From assembly GCA_964016885.1 (NCBI GenBank), contig OZ024742.1:88908001-88972000 (forward strand): a stretch of 64,000 nucleotides of DNA, given 5' to 3'. The notes under the pieces are model-generated. The model worked only from the letters and a program-made list of their open reading frames with translations, made no database searches and had not been told where the DNA came from. Shown here piece after piece: positions 31,095-42,447 of the stretch. This stretch comes from Eledone cirrhosa (taxonomy: Eukaryota). Position 1 is the stretch's first letter. Each line of letters begins with the position of its first letter. Made by a program: the position numbers and the translations under genes.

Positions 31095-32322
31095 CCGGTG
31101 TCCCTAAAAATGTATACACCATTCTAATATATATATTGCCTGTACAGATAATCAAAGTGTGTATACATTTTCAGGGAAACCATATATATATATACCTGGG
31201 TCCTGAAAAATGTATACGCCATTCTAATATATATATATTGGTTATACAGGTAATCAAAGTGTGTATACATTTTTCCGGGACACCATATATATATATATAT
31301 ACGGGTGTCCCTAAAAATGTATACACCATTCTAATATATATATTGCCTGTACAGGAAATCAAAGTGTGTATACATTTTTCGGGGAAACCATATATATATA
31401 TACCTGGTTCCTGAAAAATGTATACACCATTCTAATATATATATTGGTTGTACAGGTAATCAAAGTGTGTTTACATTTTTCGGGAACACCATATATATAT
31501 ATATACCGGTGTCCCTAAAAATGTATACACCATTCTGATATATATATTGCCTGTATAGATAATCAAAGTGTGTATACATTTTTCGAGGAAACTATATATA
31601 TATATATATATATATACGGGTGTCCCTAAAAATGTATACACCATTCTAATATATATATTGCCTGTACAGGTAATCAAAGTGTTTATACATTTTTCGGGCA
31701 CACCATATATATATATACCGGAGTCCCTAAAAATGTATACACCATTTTAATATATATATTGCCTGTACAGGTACTCAAAGTGTGTATACATTTTTCGGGG
31801 AAACCATATATATATATATATATATACCGGGGTCCCTGAAAATGTATACATCATTCTAATATATATATTGCCTGTACGCGTAATCAAAATGTGTATACAT
31901 TTTTCGCGGACACTATTTATACTGGGGTCCTTAAAAATGTATACACCATTCTAATATATATATTGCCTGTACAGGTAATCAAAGTGCGTATACATTTTTC
32001 GAGAACACCATATATATATACCGGGGTCTCTTAAAATGTATACACCATTTTAATATATATATTGCCTGTACAGGTAATCAAAGTGTATATACATTTTTCT
32101 GGGACACCATATATATATATATATACCGGTGTCCCTAAAAATGTATACACCATTCTAATATATATATTGCCTGTACAGGTAATCAAAGTGTGTATACATT
32201 TTTGCGGGACACCATATATATATATATATATATACCGGTGTCCCTAAAAATGTATACACCATTCTAATATATATATTGCCTGTACAAGTAATCAAAGTGT
32301 GTTTACATTTTTCGGGGACACC

Positions 32323-32369
<47 letters not shown>

Positions 32370-32604
32370 GGGGTCCCTAAAAATGTATACACCATTCTAA
32401 TATATATATTGCCTGTACAGGTAATCAAACTGTGTATACATTTTTCGGGGACACTATATATATATAATAATACCGGGGTCCCTAAAAATGTATACACCAT
32501 CCTAAAAAATAATGCATTTATAGGCAATCAAAGTAGATATACATTTTGGAGGGGACAACCTGTATATACACAAATATGAACATATATATAGAGAGAGAAA
32601 GTGT

Positions 32605-32679
32605 GTGCAAGCAGGCAAGCAAGCAAACAAACAATCAAGATCAGAGTTTTAGTAGTATATATATATATATTTATATATA
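32605..32679 (-). mobile_element. Second Helitron-like 5' terminus
   Basis: The minus strand reads (TA)n-TACTACTAAAACTCTGATCTTGATTGTTTGTTTGCTTGCTTGCC, homologous to the end at 5850-5892. The canonical 5' TC is not visible and is replaced by (TA)n. Confidence 0.5.
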
Positions 32680-32850
32680 TGTTTCTATGTCTTTTTCTTT
32701 TTCTTTTCTTATATAACTAATAAAAATCTTTACACGAACAGAACCCACATCGTACCGTCCTGTACCGTCATGTGCCGCCTGCAATGTTTTTCTTGATGTC
32801 AGCCCTTGTGGCCAATAAAGAAATCATTATTATTATTATTATTATTATTA
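32680..32850 (+). mobile_element. Distal 3' UTR and (TTA)n tail of a diverged Tx1 copy, probably the continuation of 3336-5203
   Basis: TTACACGAACAGAACCCACATCGTACCGTCCTG...CCCTTGTGGCCAATAAAGAAATC(ATT)n aligns to the distal 3' UTR of the other copies and does not overlap the part ending at 5203. Confidence 0.75.
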
Positions 32851-32936
32851 TATTGTCCTGTACTGTCCTTAATGTCTACTTTACGTAAACCCTTGTGGTT
32901 AATAAAGAAAACATTATTGTTATTATTATTATTATT
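32851..32936 (+). mobile_element. Extremely 5'-truncated Tx1 copy (last ~60 nt plus tail)
   Basis: TATTGTCCTGTACTGTCCTTAATGTCTACTTTACGTAAACCCTTGTGGTTAATAAAGAAAAC(ATT)n is near-identical to the 3' ends at ~42150, ~48190 and ~53970. It lies directly after a (TTA)n tail. Confidence 0.88.
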
Positions 32937-35900
32937 TGCATTTATCTTGCTTTATGTTTATACGAGTTATCACCAAGTCACAACCAGTGACCTCAAGAGA
33001 CAACAAGGTCCGCCATGTTCAAGAAAGAACACACATATTCACACATGCATCCTTAGTGTTTAGACTTGTGATGTACTTATATTGACAGGATCTTCCTTAG
33101 TATATGGGCAGTTCCCATTAGTACTATCTTTTGTATTTCTCCTATACGCGGTTTTCCTGGGATTTGCGATAAGTAGTCGTTAGACCCCTTAGGTATCATT
33201 CCCAGAGCGCCTACAACCACTGGTATTGTTTTAGTTCTCAATTTCCACATTTTTCCAATTTCTATCTCCAGGTCCTTATACTTGCTCAATTTTTCAAATG
33301 TTTTTATAGATACATTCTTGTCTATTGGAACAGACATATCAATTAGCAGGCATACCCTCCTTTGAAAGTCCTTCAATATTATATCAGGTCTATTTGCATC
33401 TATTTTTCGGTCTGTTTGGATGCTAAAGTTCCACAAGATTGAGATGTGATCTTTTTCAAGTATGGGAGGTGGTTGATGCTCCCACCAATTCTTTTGATGG
33501 GGCAGGTCAAAATGCTTACACATTATCCAATGTATGTATTGTGCAGCTCTGTCATGCCTGTTTAGGTATTCGGTTGGAGCTATAGGACTGCACATTGAAA
33601 TTATATGGTCAATGGTCTCTGGTTGTTTTTTGCATACACGGCATAATGTGCTGCACCCATTTTTTATTATGTTGGCTTGGTAATTTTTTGTTGGCAGACA
33701 CTGATCTTGTGCGGATATAATCAGTCCTTCAGTCTCCGATTTCAGTCCAGAGGATGCCAACCACTGATGGGTTAAAGTTTTGTCAACATCAGGATTGTTA
33801 GCTCGCTCTGGGTATTTTCCATACAGAGGCTTTTCTTGCCATTTCTTAGCCAGTTTCTGTAGCAGTTCTTTCTTTGCAGTTACTTTTACCTGCTTTGCTT
33901 TTTCTGTGTTTTCCATTTCAGCAGTAAATGGGACTTCTGAAATTTGTAGTCCATTACTGTATCTTTGTGCATCTTTTGTAATGGAATATGATCTTTTGGT
34001 GCTTTCGTGTTTCAAAACGAGTTTGATCATCCAATCATGTGATTCCCTTAGATATGTGGATAATCCAATTGTTGCAGTTTTCAACGCAATTTCTAACTGG
34101 ATTAACCCACGTCCTCCTTCTTTCCTAGGGAGATATATTCTATCTATATCTGCCTTAGGGTGATGCATTCTGTGCATGGTTAAGAATTTTCGGATTTTTG
34201 TATCGAGCCTACGGATCTCTGTGCTTGACCAGTTGATGACATTGTAACTGTAGGTTACTACTGGTATGGCAAGCGTGTTTATGGCATCGATCCTATTCCT
34301 TGCATTCAATTCCGTTCTTAAGATTGCTCTGACTCTGCGGTAACATTCCTTCCTTATCCCTTCCCTCATTGTCGAGTGCTTGATTCCGTCTCCTTCACAA
34401 ACACCTAGATATTTGTAAGTTTGTTCTTGATCAAGCTCTCTTATCACGTTCCCCCGATCAAGATTAATGTCTGAACTCTCCAGCAGCTTTCCTCTGGTGA
34501 ACGTTGCTTTGGCGCATTTATCCAGTCCAAACTCCATTTTAATGTCATCACTGAACTGCTTCACAGTGGATAATAGCCCTTGCAATTGTTCATCATTTTT
34601 TGCGAATAGTTTCAGGTCATCCATGTAGAACAGGTGATTAATGGTTTTGTCATAGACTCTATATCCATGTTTTGTTTCATTGAGCATTTTACTTAATGGT
34701 ATAAGTGCGATGCAGAATAAAAGCGGTGATAAAGAGTCACCCTGAAAAATTCCAGAATTAATGTTAACTTCTCCAGCTTCCAGTGATTTTGTTTCACTAT
34801 TCAAAAGGAGTGTCGTTCTCCATGTCCTCATACTTAATGACAAAAACCTCCTGACAACGGGGGATATTTTGAAAATCTCTAAACATTTTTCAATCCAACT
34901 GTGTGGCAAACTATCAAATGCTTTTTTATAATCTATCCAAGCAATCGATAGATTTTTGTGTATATTATGACAATCTTCCAGTATCATTTTGTTAACCAGA
35001 AGCTGATCCTTACAGCCATATGAGCCTCGTTTACACCCTTTCTGCTCAATGGGAAATAGGTCATTTGTTATCAGGTGGTCATATGTGTATTCAGTTAGGA
35101 CTGATGTTAACATTTTATACATTGTGGTCAAGCAGGTTATCGGTCTGTAATTTTTGGGATTGTTTGTCTCATCATTCTTCGGTAGCAGGAATGTAATGCC
35201 GTTAACTAGCCATGATGGTATCTTTTCTGGCTCCTTAACTATTTCATTGTAAAGTTGGGCTAACAGCTCATGAGACTCTGTGAAGGCATTTATCCAAAAG
35301 TTTTGTATTTTGTCTTTTCCTGGGGATTTCCATTTGCTGGTTTTTCTTAGAGCCAAGCGCAGCTGTTCAACTGTTATATTTTCCCATGTTTGTTCTTCAA
35401 GGTGAGCTGTTTCTTTCATTTGTCTGTCTATCCATGGGGCATGTATGTTATGAACTTTTTCTTCGGCCCAGATCTTTTCCCAGAATTCTTGCACTTCCTC
35501 CTTGGGTGGTATTGATTTAGCAGTTATTGTTGACTTACCAATTTTTCTGTAGAAGTTTCTTTGGTTGTTTTTGAACATATTATTGTCCTTATAGAATCTA
35601 GATCGTTTTTCAAAGCGCCTTATACGAGCAGCTTTGGCCGACACTTTTTGCTTGATTGTTTCTATCAGCATGTCTATGTCACATGTTGATCTTATACTGT
35701 ACTTTTTTTTCAATTTTCTAAGTTTAGTTTGTTTAACATGTTCACCTACTTTATAGTTTGTTAAAATTTCTATGTCAGATCGGAGAAGGTTTATTTGGCG
35801 ATTGATGTTATCTTGCTAAGTAGATTTCTTGTGGGAATTCCTTTGTTTTTTCATCTTCACTCCACATAAGTGAGTGGTGACTTTAGCCGATGCATAATAG

Positions 35901-36356
35901 AGATGATTTAAGTCAGTAATGTTTATTTTGTTTGTGATGATAATGTTTTTGAGAATTATGTTAGTCTTGTGTATTATCTTTTGGTTCTGTTTGGAGTTCT
36001 GGATCTTAGGGAGGGTGTCTCGTTCCCCCATGTCAGATTCTTTCATTTTCATCCATTCGATCATAATTTCATCCTTCAAGTTGGCAAGTTCATTCTCATT
36101 CATTTCTTTATCATTTACGATCTCATTATTTTCATTTGGACTTTCATCCTGAGCATGCACTCCCTCCACTTTTTCGCTCCTTTCTTTAATTTGTTCTGCC
36201 CCAACCCTGGGATTCGAAGCGTTACAGTTTACCTCGTTTTCACTGACACATGCTTCATTTTCCCTTCTCTGACTTTGTGCTACTAGCTTGATCTGATCAA
36301 TTTCTATATCAGTTAGTAACTTTGTTCTTACAATATTTCTTCGTATATTGGCTAGT
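32937..36356 (-). mobile_element. R4/Dong-clade non-LTR retrotransposon, 5'-truncated
   Basis: Long RT-RLE ORF, 140-bp 3' UTR ending in (TAA)n on its own strand, and broken N-terminal fragments at 35816-36356. Confidence 0.93.
33077..35713 (-). CDS. Reverse transcriptase + CCHC zinc finger + restriction-like endonuclease (R4/Dong-type), N-terminus disrupted
   Basis: 878-aa open frame with [65 protein letters not shown] and ANRPDII...LIDMS...EKLSKYKDL. Confidence 0.92.
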   Translation of the reverse strand: MKKKYSIRSTCDIDMLIETIKQKVSAKAARIRRFEKRSRFYKDNNMFKNNQRNFYRKIGKSTITAKSIPPKEEVQEFWEKIWAEEKVHNIHAPWIDRQMKETAHLEEQTWENITVEQLRLALRKTSKWKSPGKDKIQNFWINAFTESHELLAQLYNEIVKEPEKIPSWLVNGITFLLPKNDETNNPKNYRPITCLTTMYKMLTSVLTEYTYDHLITNDLFPIEQKGCKRGSYGCKDQLLVNKMILEDCHNIHKNLSIAWIDYKKAFDSLPHSWIEKCLEIFKISPVVRRFLSLSMRTWRTTLLLNSETKSLEAGEVNINSGIFQGDSLSPLLFCIALIPLSKMLNETKHGYRVYDKTINHLFYMDDLKLFAKNDEQLQGLLSTVKQFSDDIKMEFGLDKCAKATFTRGKLLESSDINLDRGNVIRELDQEQTYKYLGVCEGDGIKHSTMREGIRKECYRRVRAILRTELNARNRIDAINTLAIPVVTYSYNVINWSSTEIRRLDTKIRKFLTMHRMHHPKADIDRIYLPRKEGGRGLIQLEIALKTATIGLSTYLRESHDWMIKLVLKHESTKRSYSITKDAQRYSNGLQISEVPFTAEMENTEKAKQVKVTAKKELLQKLAKKWQEKPLYGKYPERANNPDVDKTLTHQWLASSGLKSETEGLIISAQDQCLPTKNYQANIIKNGCSTLCRVCKKQPETIDHIISMCSPIAPTEYLNRHDRAAQYIHWIMCKHFDLPHQKNWWEHQPPPILEKDHISILWNFSIQTDRKIDANRPDIILKDFQRRVCLLIDMSVPIDKNVSIKTFEKLSKYKDLEIEIGKMWKLRTKTIPVVVGALGMIPKGSNDYLSQIPGKPRIGEIQKIVLMGTAHILRKILSI

Positions 36357-36508
36357 TAAAATTGCCATTTATGGAAAAATGTTATTGTTGAATGTATATA
36401 AGTGCACATACATTGTTATCCGAAAAGGAGTCTCAAAAAGATCGGGGGCTTGAGCCCAAAATTTAAACTTTTATAATTATTTTTAAAAAAATTTTCTTTG
36501 AAAAAAAC

Positions 36509-38533
36509 ATGGACGACTCACAGCCACACGAAGCTGACAGCCTTCCTCAAAAACTAACACCTCACACCGACACCACCATTGTAAATATTACTACGTTTGC
36601 CAACACTAAAAATATAAGCAGTAGCAATATTTTAAATTTGTCTCAGGCAGACATTCATTTCCCGCTAATACCAATGACTGCAGATGTTAAAGCCGCCACC
36701 ACCACCACCACCACAGCGAAAACAGAAAAGAAAGAAAAGAATAAATTAACTCGTGATATCGAAAGGAATTCATCCAAAATGAACTCCTCCACACCGAACA
36801 CCACTGACGCCACCATCACCACAACTGAAACTAAAATTAATAATAACAAAAATAACGATAACAATAACAGCAACAATGACCACCCTGAGTTTTGCCAGAG
36901 TAGCAAAACAGTGCGAAGCATTTCTTGTAACTCAGGAGCAATTAGAAGAAGCCAAAAAATGGTAAAGAAATATGGGTACAGGGTCAGCCTCACCCCCACC
37001 CCCACCTAATAAAATGGAGCATCGGCGCCTATGCACCGTGTCTTATCGAACAATTAATATAAAATCGCGCAGACTGGAACGGGCATCCGAGTCCCAAATC
37101 CAAAATGCTTTGGGACATGTGTGGGCAAAAAAAACCCACATCAGACGTGGGCAGAAATATGGAACCGTGGACGTGTTCTTTGAAACACCACAGGAGGCTA
37201 GAGAACACTCCTTGGTCCCATTAAGAAGTGACGATTTCACACTTGTCCCAAGGTATTGTGGCCAGAGACTCGTAAAGTTCAGGGTGACCCACGTTCCACC
37301 GGCCATCGAAATTCCCTGGCTAATAGCTGCCGTCCTCGCCGGCATCGAAGCCAATACCAAGATAATCGAAATACCGAAAGAAAACCAGGAGAACTGGTCC
37401 GGATCTGGGATGGAGCTCCTGATCCAAGCGGACCAAAAAAGCATAGATGAGATCCCAGAGGTAATAGACCTCAGTGACGGCAGCCACCTCACGGTAATCG
37501 TCGAGGTCAGAAGGCCTAGGTGTCTCGTTTGTGGTGAAGGAACCCACCTAAGGGCTTTCTGCCCTCAGGCTAAAAGGTTGAGGCCACCTCTTTTACCCAC
37601 CTCAGTCACTCAACCATCAACACAACCAGCAGCAGAGATGGCAGCAACAACTGTAGCAACAACAACAGAAGCAACTGTAACAGCAACAACCCCAGCAACA
37701 GTAACAAAACCAACACCTCCACCACCCAACGCGCCCGAACTAGCATCAGCGCCTACACCATCCACCACGCCACAACCAAAACCAACACCTGTGGAGGATT
37801 TTCCACTCCGCGGCCTATCACAACTGGAGACAGATTGTGACGACGAGTGGGAAATGGTATCAGGATAAAAAGAAAAAAAGAATCCAAAAAAGAGAAAAAT
37901 GATCTTCCTTCCCCCTCCAAAAACAAAATACAGAGGGAAACAAATAAACTATCAAACAAAAAAGTTAGGACAGATATGCCACCATCCACACAAGCATCAC
38001 CAACCCCAACACCACAAACACCAACACCATCACCATCATTAACCCCAACACCACCATCACCAACACCATAAAAGTCACCAAAAACCGAAACAGAAACAAA
38101 CCCACAACAAACGCAAACAAAACAAAACAACCAAAACGATACACACTACACAGCATTGGTTGACTTTGCCTTTCATCCTTACGGGGTCGATAAAATAAAG
38201 TACCAGTAATGCACTGGGTAATTGCTGGCCTTGTGCCTAAAGTAGAAACAATTATATTTGAACAACAACCAATTATTACACTACATCCAACACAACAGCA
38301 GCATCACCGAAAAAGACAACACAACAACCCAAAACTTCACACCACCTCCACACATACAAATCACTCGCATCACACAGAAAACGTACACGACAATAAAACA
38401 AAAATTCCCCAAAGACATCGGAGATTTCCGACAAGCACTCTCCAGGAGGATTTATAAGGACATCCTTCTGGAGGAGGCCACAAGCAGTGAAAAGGATGGA
38501 GAAAGCATCCTTCCTCTACGAGAAGTAAGGTAA
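36509..38533 (+). pseudogene. Tx1 ORF1 type A (gag-like, CX2CX4HX4C), frameshifted and SINE-interrupted
   Basis: ORF fragments 36509-37009, 36972-37868, 37847-38071 and 38258-38533. Confidence 0.85.
38158..38254 (+). mobile_element. 5'-truncated SINE inserted in Tx1 ORF1
   Basis: Absent from the equivalent site of the sister copy (CAGCATTAAATTTGAAC at ~50203). Sequence matches the other SINE copies. Confidence 0.9.
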
Positions 38534-38567
38534 GTGGTCTTTCCCATCTTTTCCACTCCATTTCAAC

Positions 38568-41500
38568 ATGACCTCACTCAGAATAGGCAGCATAAATGCG
38601 CGCAGCTTGGGGTCGTCATGGAAGCAGGGCCACCTACTCAACGACCTCAGGTCACTAAACATAGATGTAGTGGTCATCAGCGAGACCAGAATCTCCGAAG
38701 CACGGGTCTTCGCACCGATCTTCGGCGGCTACGATGTGTACGCATCTCCCAGCCGTCCTGGATCGAAGGGAGGAGTTGCTGTGCTTTTTCGGAGAGGTCT
38801 GGATCTCGCCATACGGGTAATCTTCCTGGACCCAGAAGGTAAGTTGGTGGTGCTGGACGTGACCAGCAGAGACGGGCAAGCTTTCAGGCTAGTGGCCGTC
38901 TATGCTCCGACAGGAGCAGGGCGGGCTGATTTATTCCGGCGTATGGAGACCTTTCTTGGAACGTCCCGCTCTTTAGTGTTAGTGGTCGACTGGAAAGGGA
39001 TCTGAGATGCACGCTGGGACTGTGTGGGATAAGCGGATATTGGAGGAGGGTGCAAGAGCCTCACCAACCTGCTCAGGCATTTTGAACTGTCTGACAGGTA
39101 CCGATTGGATTTCCCAAATGTGCCAATGTGGACTTGGACAAATCGCATAGGGTCATCCAGATCATATCTAGATAGAGTATTTTGTAGGGAAATATATAGG
39201 TCTAGCATAGGCTGTCCACAATTCAAGATAGTCAGCTACACGGACTGCAAATTCGTGATCTGTGTGCTTGAATTAGATAGGCTTCATAGACGAGGACCCG
39301 GCTACTGGAAGCTAAACGCGTCCTTACCAGCGCGCAAGGACTGCAGAGACCGGATTAGCGAACTAGGTAGGAGAGCGTTGACGGGGGCCATCGTCAACAA
39401 CAGGTGATGGTTTGCTCTGAAAAGAGAGATTAGAATAGAGTCCATTAAGTTTAGTAAGGCTTTAGCAGTAGAGAAAAATAGAGCAGAGGGAGAATTAGTT
39501 AGAAAATTAGACGAGGCGCTTAGCAAAAGCATCGCCAGCCATGTACTTGCGGGGAAATTGGCCCTTGACCAATTCTTCAATGCAAATCACGAAGGCTGCG
39601 TTGTCAGAGCTAAGGTGCGTACTCTCAGACACGAGGTGATGAAAGCCGTTCAATGGACCCGAGTGGCGGAGGCGCGCCGTGGCAACAAAGCCACGATACG
39701 GTCTTTGGTGGACAACGACGGGCGCATGCTATTCGAACCCGGGCAAATGTGTGTATCTTTCCAGCGACACTTCGCCCAGCTGTTCGGTGGCAGCGGCGGG
39801 CCGGATCGAGGGATGGACTTTAGTGTCTACCTCGACGGACTGCCGCGGCTCTCGGCCACTGAGGCGGAGTGTTGCGAAAAGCCGATAACAGCCGCTGAAG
39901 TACGGGAGACAATGACTGGCTGCACAAGGGGTAACTCGCCTGGTTTGGATGGTCTACCTATGAACTTTACGTACAGATGCCAGACTCGTTCGGAGGCCTC
40001 TTGGCGGACGTCTACTGCAACTAGCAACAGAACTGGAGAATTCCCAGCTCTGTAGGCCGGAGAGCTGTGGCGCTGCTGAGAAAGGATCCGAAAAGGGGGG
40101 ATAACATAGATAATTTTAGGGCCATAATTCTGCTAAATACAGAGTTCAAGAATTTGGCCAAGGTCCTAGCAAAGAGATTGTCGTTGGAGGTCTGGGGGGA
40201 GAGGCGCAGACATGCGCCATTCCCGACAGATCCACTCACGACAACCTCCACCTCATGCGATACATCGTAGAGAGGGTAGCTAGGGAACCTGGCACGGGTG
40301 GGTCCTTAAACAATTTGATCAGTCGAAAGCTTTCGATAGGGTCGACCATCGTTACCTAACGGCAGTCATGAGGGCGGCTGGCTTTGGGCCCGTCTTCAGT
40401 GGCTGGATCGCTGCCATGCACAGCGACATCTGCTCTCTGGTGAGAGTGAACGGTCACCTTTCGGAACCGTTCAACATCATGCACTCGGTCCGCCAAGAAT
40501 GTGCCCTCTCGTCCCTCTTGTACGTATTGATTCTCGAGCCATTACTGAACAAACTGGGGACGTTGAGGGGTTCCCGCGCGAACTAGGATGCGGAAGATCC
40601 GTGTCAGCATATGCGCACGATGTCACCGTAGTGGTGTCGAACGCCAAACACATCGAGGCGATCGGCACTACACTAAGAGAATAGGCAGCGGTGACAGGTG
40701 CAATGATCAACCAGGGAAAGTCAGTGGGCCTGCAGTTCGGCACCTAGAAAGGCAGGTCCATGCCGTCGAACAGCTTCGTCGGGCGCTGGACGGACGGACC
40801 GGTTAAATTGCTAGGGGTCTAGTTCGGTCCAGATCTCCAGACGGACAAAAACTGGGACGAGGTGACGAGCAGGGTGGCTTCTCTCACCCAGAAATGGGCG
40901 GAGAGGAAGCTGTCATTGAAAGGTCGAGCGGAGGTGGCTAACACGTACGACACGTCCGTCATCTACTACCGCCTGACCGTCGTACCTTGTCCTAAGCCCC
41001 GCCTGACAGCGCTGGAGCGTTTGCTCTTTCGCTTTTTGTGGAAGGGACGCGCTCCGATGGTCAGGCGGTCCATCTGCTGTCAACACCCGCTACGTGGAGG
41101 GCTGGGCATGCCGTGGCTGATGATGCGCAGACACGCGCTCAGGCAACGACATCTCCACCTCTTCCTCGACGGTCATCAGGTGTGGTCGCCGTTTGCTAGA
41201 CACGTCTTCCCCCAGCTCGTCTCCTTGACGGAGCTGCAGTCCTGGGTCAAGTGAAGACCGAGAGGGAGCGCCTGGAGACTAGAATGTCTTCAGGCGCTCA
41301 CAGCCCTCGACCAATCGGGCAATGTGATCGGTGGAAACTCCACCTCGGCCTTCTATAGAGGATTAGTGGAGGGGAAGAGCGACGACGTACTTGGAGAAAC
41401 TCTAGGCGTCGACGAAAATCAACTAGCTTCGGAAGGACTTTCTGGCCGGGCCTAAGGACAACTTCCAGAAATCCCTGGCCTGGCAGTGCTACCGAGGCCT

Positions 41501-41967
41501 TTGCCAGTTCGGGATAAAATCTACATGCATGGAGGTGCCGCCAGCCGGGCATGTCCGAGATGCGCGCAGGGCGACGAAACCGTCCTGCACGCACTCGTCC
41601 AGTGTCCGAGCATTGCTGACTTGTAGGTTTATGTCGAACACCTGCTGTCACGTGTAGGACGGATCCAATAGCAGCTGAGTCCATTGTGAGGATTGCCCCG
41701 CCCTCTTCCTTTAGCCGGGAAGGGCAGGCAGTATTTCTCTGTCTGGTGGCCATGGTGAAAGAGATAGTATGGTGGACACGTTTGAAAGGGCTGAAGACGA
41801 GCACTTACCTCTTCGGTGATTCCCTGATTAACTTTTTCAAATTTTATTTGAAAAGGAAAATCAGGGTAGAGAGGGAAGTGCTCTCTTCCCAGCATTTTGT
41901 TGAAAGATGGGTGAGAGAAGCAAGTGTGGCCCGAGTGAATGGGCCTACTCAGAGTATGTGTCTGTAA
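38568..41967 (+). pseudogene. Tx1 ORF2 (APE-RT), disrupted
   Basis: Starts MTSLRIGSINARSLG, contains SYLDRVF, has YAHD in place of YADD, and multiple premature stops. Confidence 0.9.
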
Positions 41968-42447
41968 ATTAAAGGTGGAAAACTGGGAGAGGGCACTTGC
42001 CCTGGTGGTCAGGGTCACTGTGGCCATTTAATGGGCTTTCTCTACAAATGTCCCTCGGAAGTCTCCCCCCTATTGGGGAATTTTTCATTGTTATTTTTTA
42101 TTACATCCTCTGTTTTTTTTACACGCTGAAATGCCCATTTGTACCGTCCTGTATTGTCCTGTACTGTCCTTAATGTCTACTTTATATAAACCCTTGTGGT
42201 TAATGAAGAAAGCATTATTATTATTATTATTATTGAATGCCATGGTTGACGGAGGCTCGGCTCTGTAAGGTATAGTAATTTTTAACCGTTAAAACAATTG
42301 TAAATTGTTTAAAACTTGAACCAAATTGTTGATAAAGACACCCTCCTCCTCGTGAGAGGGGTCTTTCTGTCCGTTATTTGGCCCTTCGGGGTTAAATAAC
42401 CAGTTATTGGGGTTTTGTACCCAAAATTTCATTTTAAACAAAAAAAC

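Larger units (their letters stand above)
5896..32564. repeat. Complex satellite array: ~88-bp MITE-like unit plus variable (TA)n spacer (roughly 160-170 copies, estimated), with interspersed 484-bp units
   Basis: Consensus CCGG[G/T]GTCCCTAAAAATGTATACACCATTCTAATATATATATTGCCTGTACAGGTAATCAAAGTGTGTATACATTTTTCGGGGACACC followed by (AT)n. The ends are ~23-bp inverted repeats (GGTGTCCCTAAAAATGTATACAC / GTGTATACATTTTTCGGGGACACC). Confidence 0.97.
36357..42234 (+). mobile_element. Tx1/L1-clade retrotransposon, ORF1 type A, degraded; lacks ~60 bp of 5' end; (TTA)n tail
   Basis: ORF1 pieces 36509-38533 (CLVCGEGTHLRAFC). ORF2 runs from ATG 38568 to 41967 with many stops and frameshifts. Collinear with 48293-54087. 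Confidence 0.93.

Noticed and set aside
5265-32527. Many short ORFs rich in YIYIYI / [10 protein letters not shown]
   Set aside because: Translation artefacts of the (TA)n tracts and the satellite monomer; frames shift with spacer length.
5896-32564. CRISPR-like repeat-spacer appearance (palindromic repeat with variable spacers)
   Set aside because: Spacers are only (TA)n of varying length, repeats are ~88 bp, there are no cas genes, and the context is eukaryotic.
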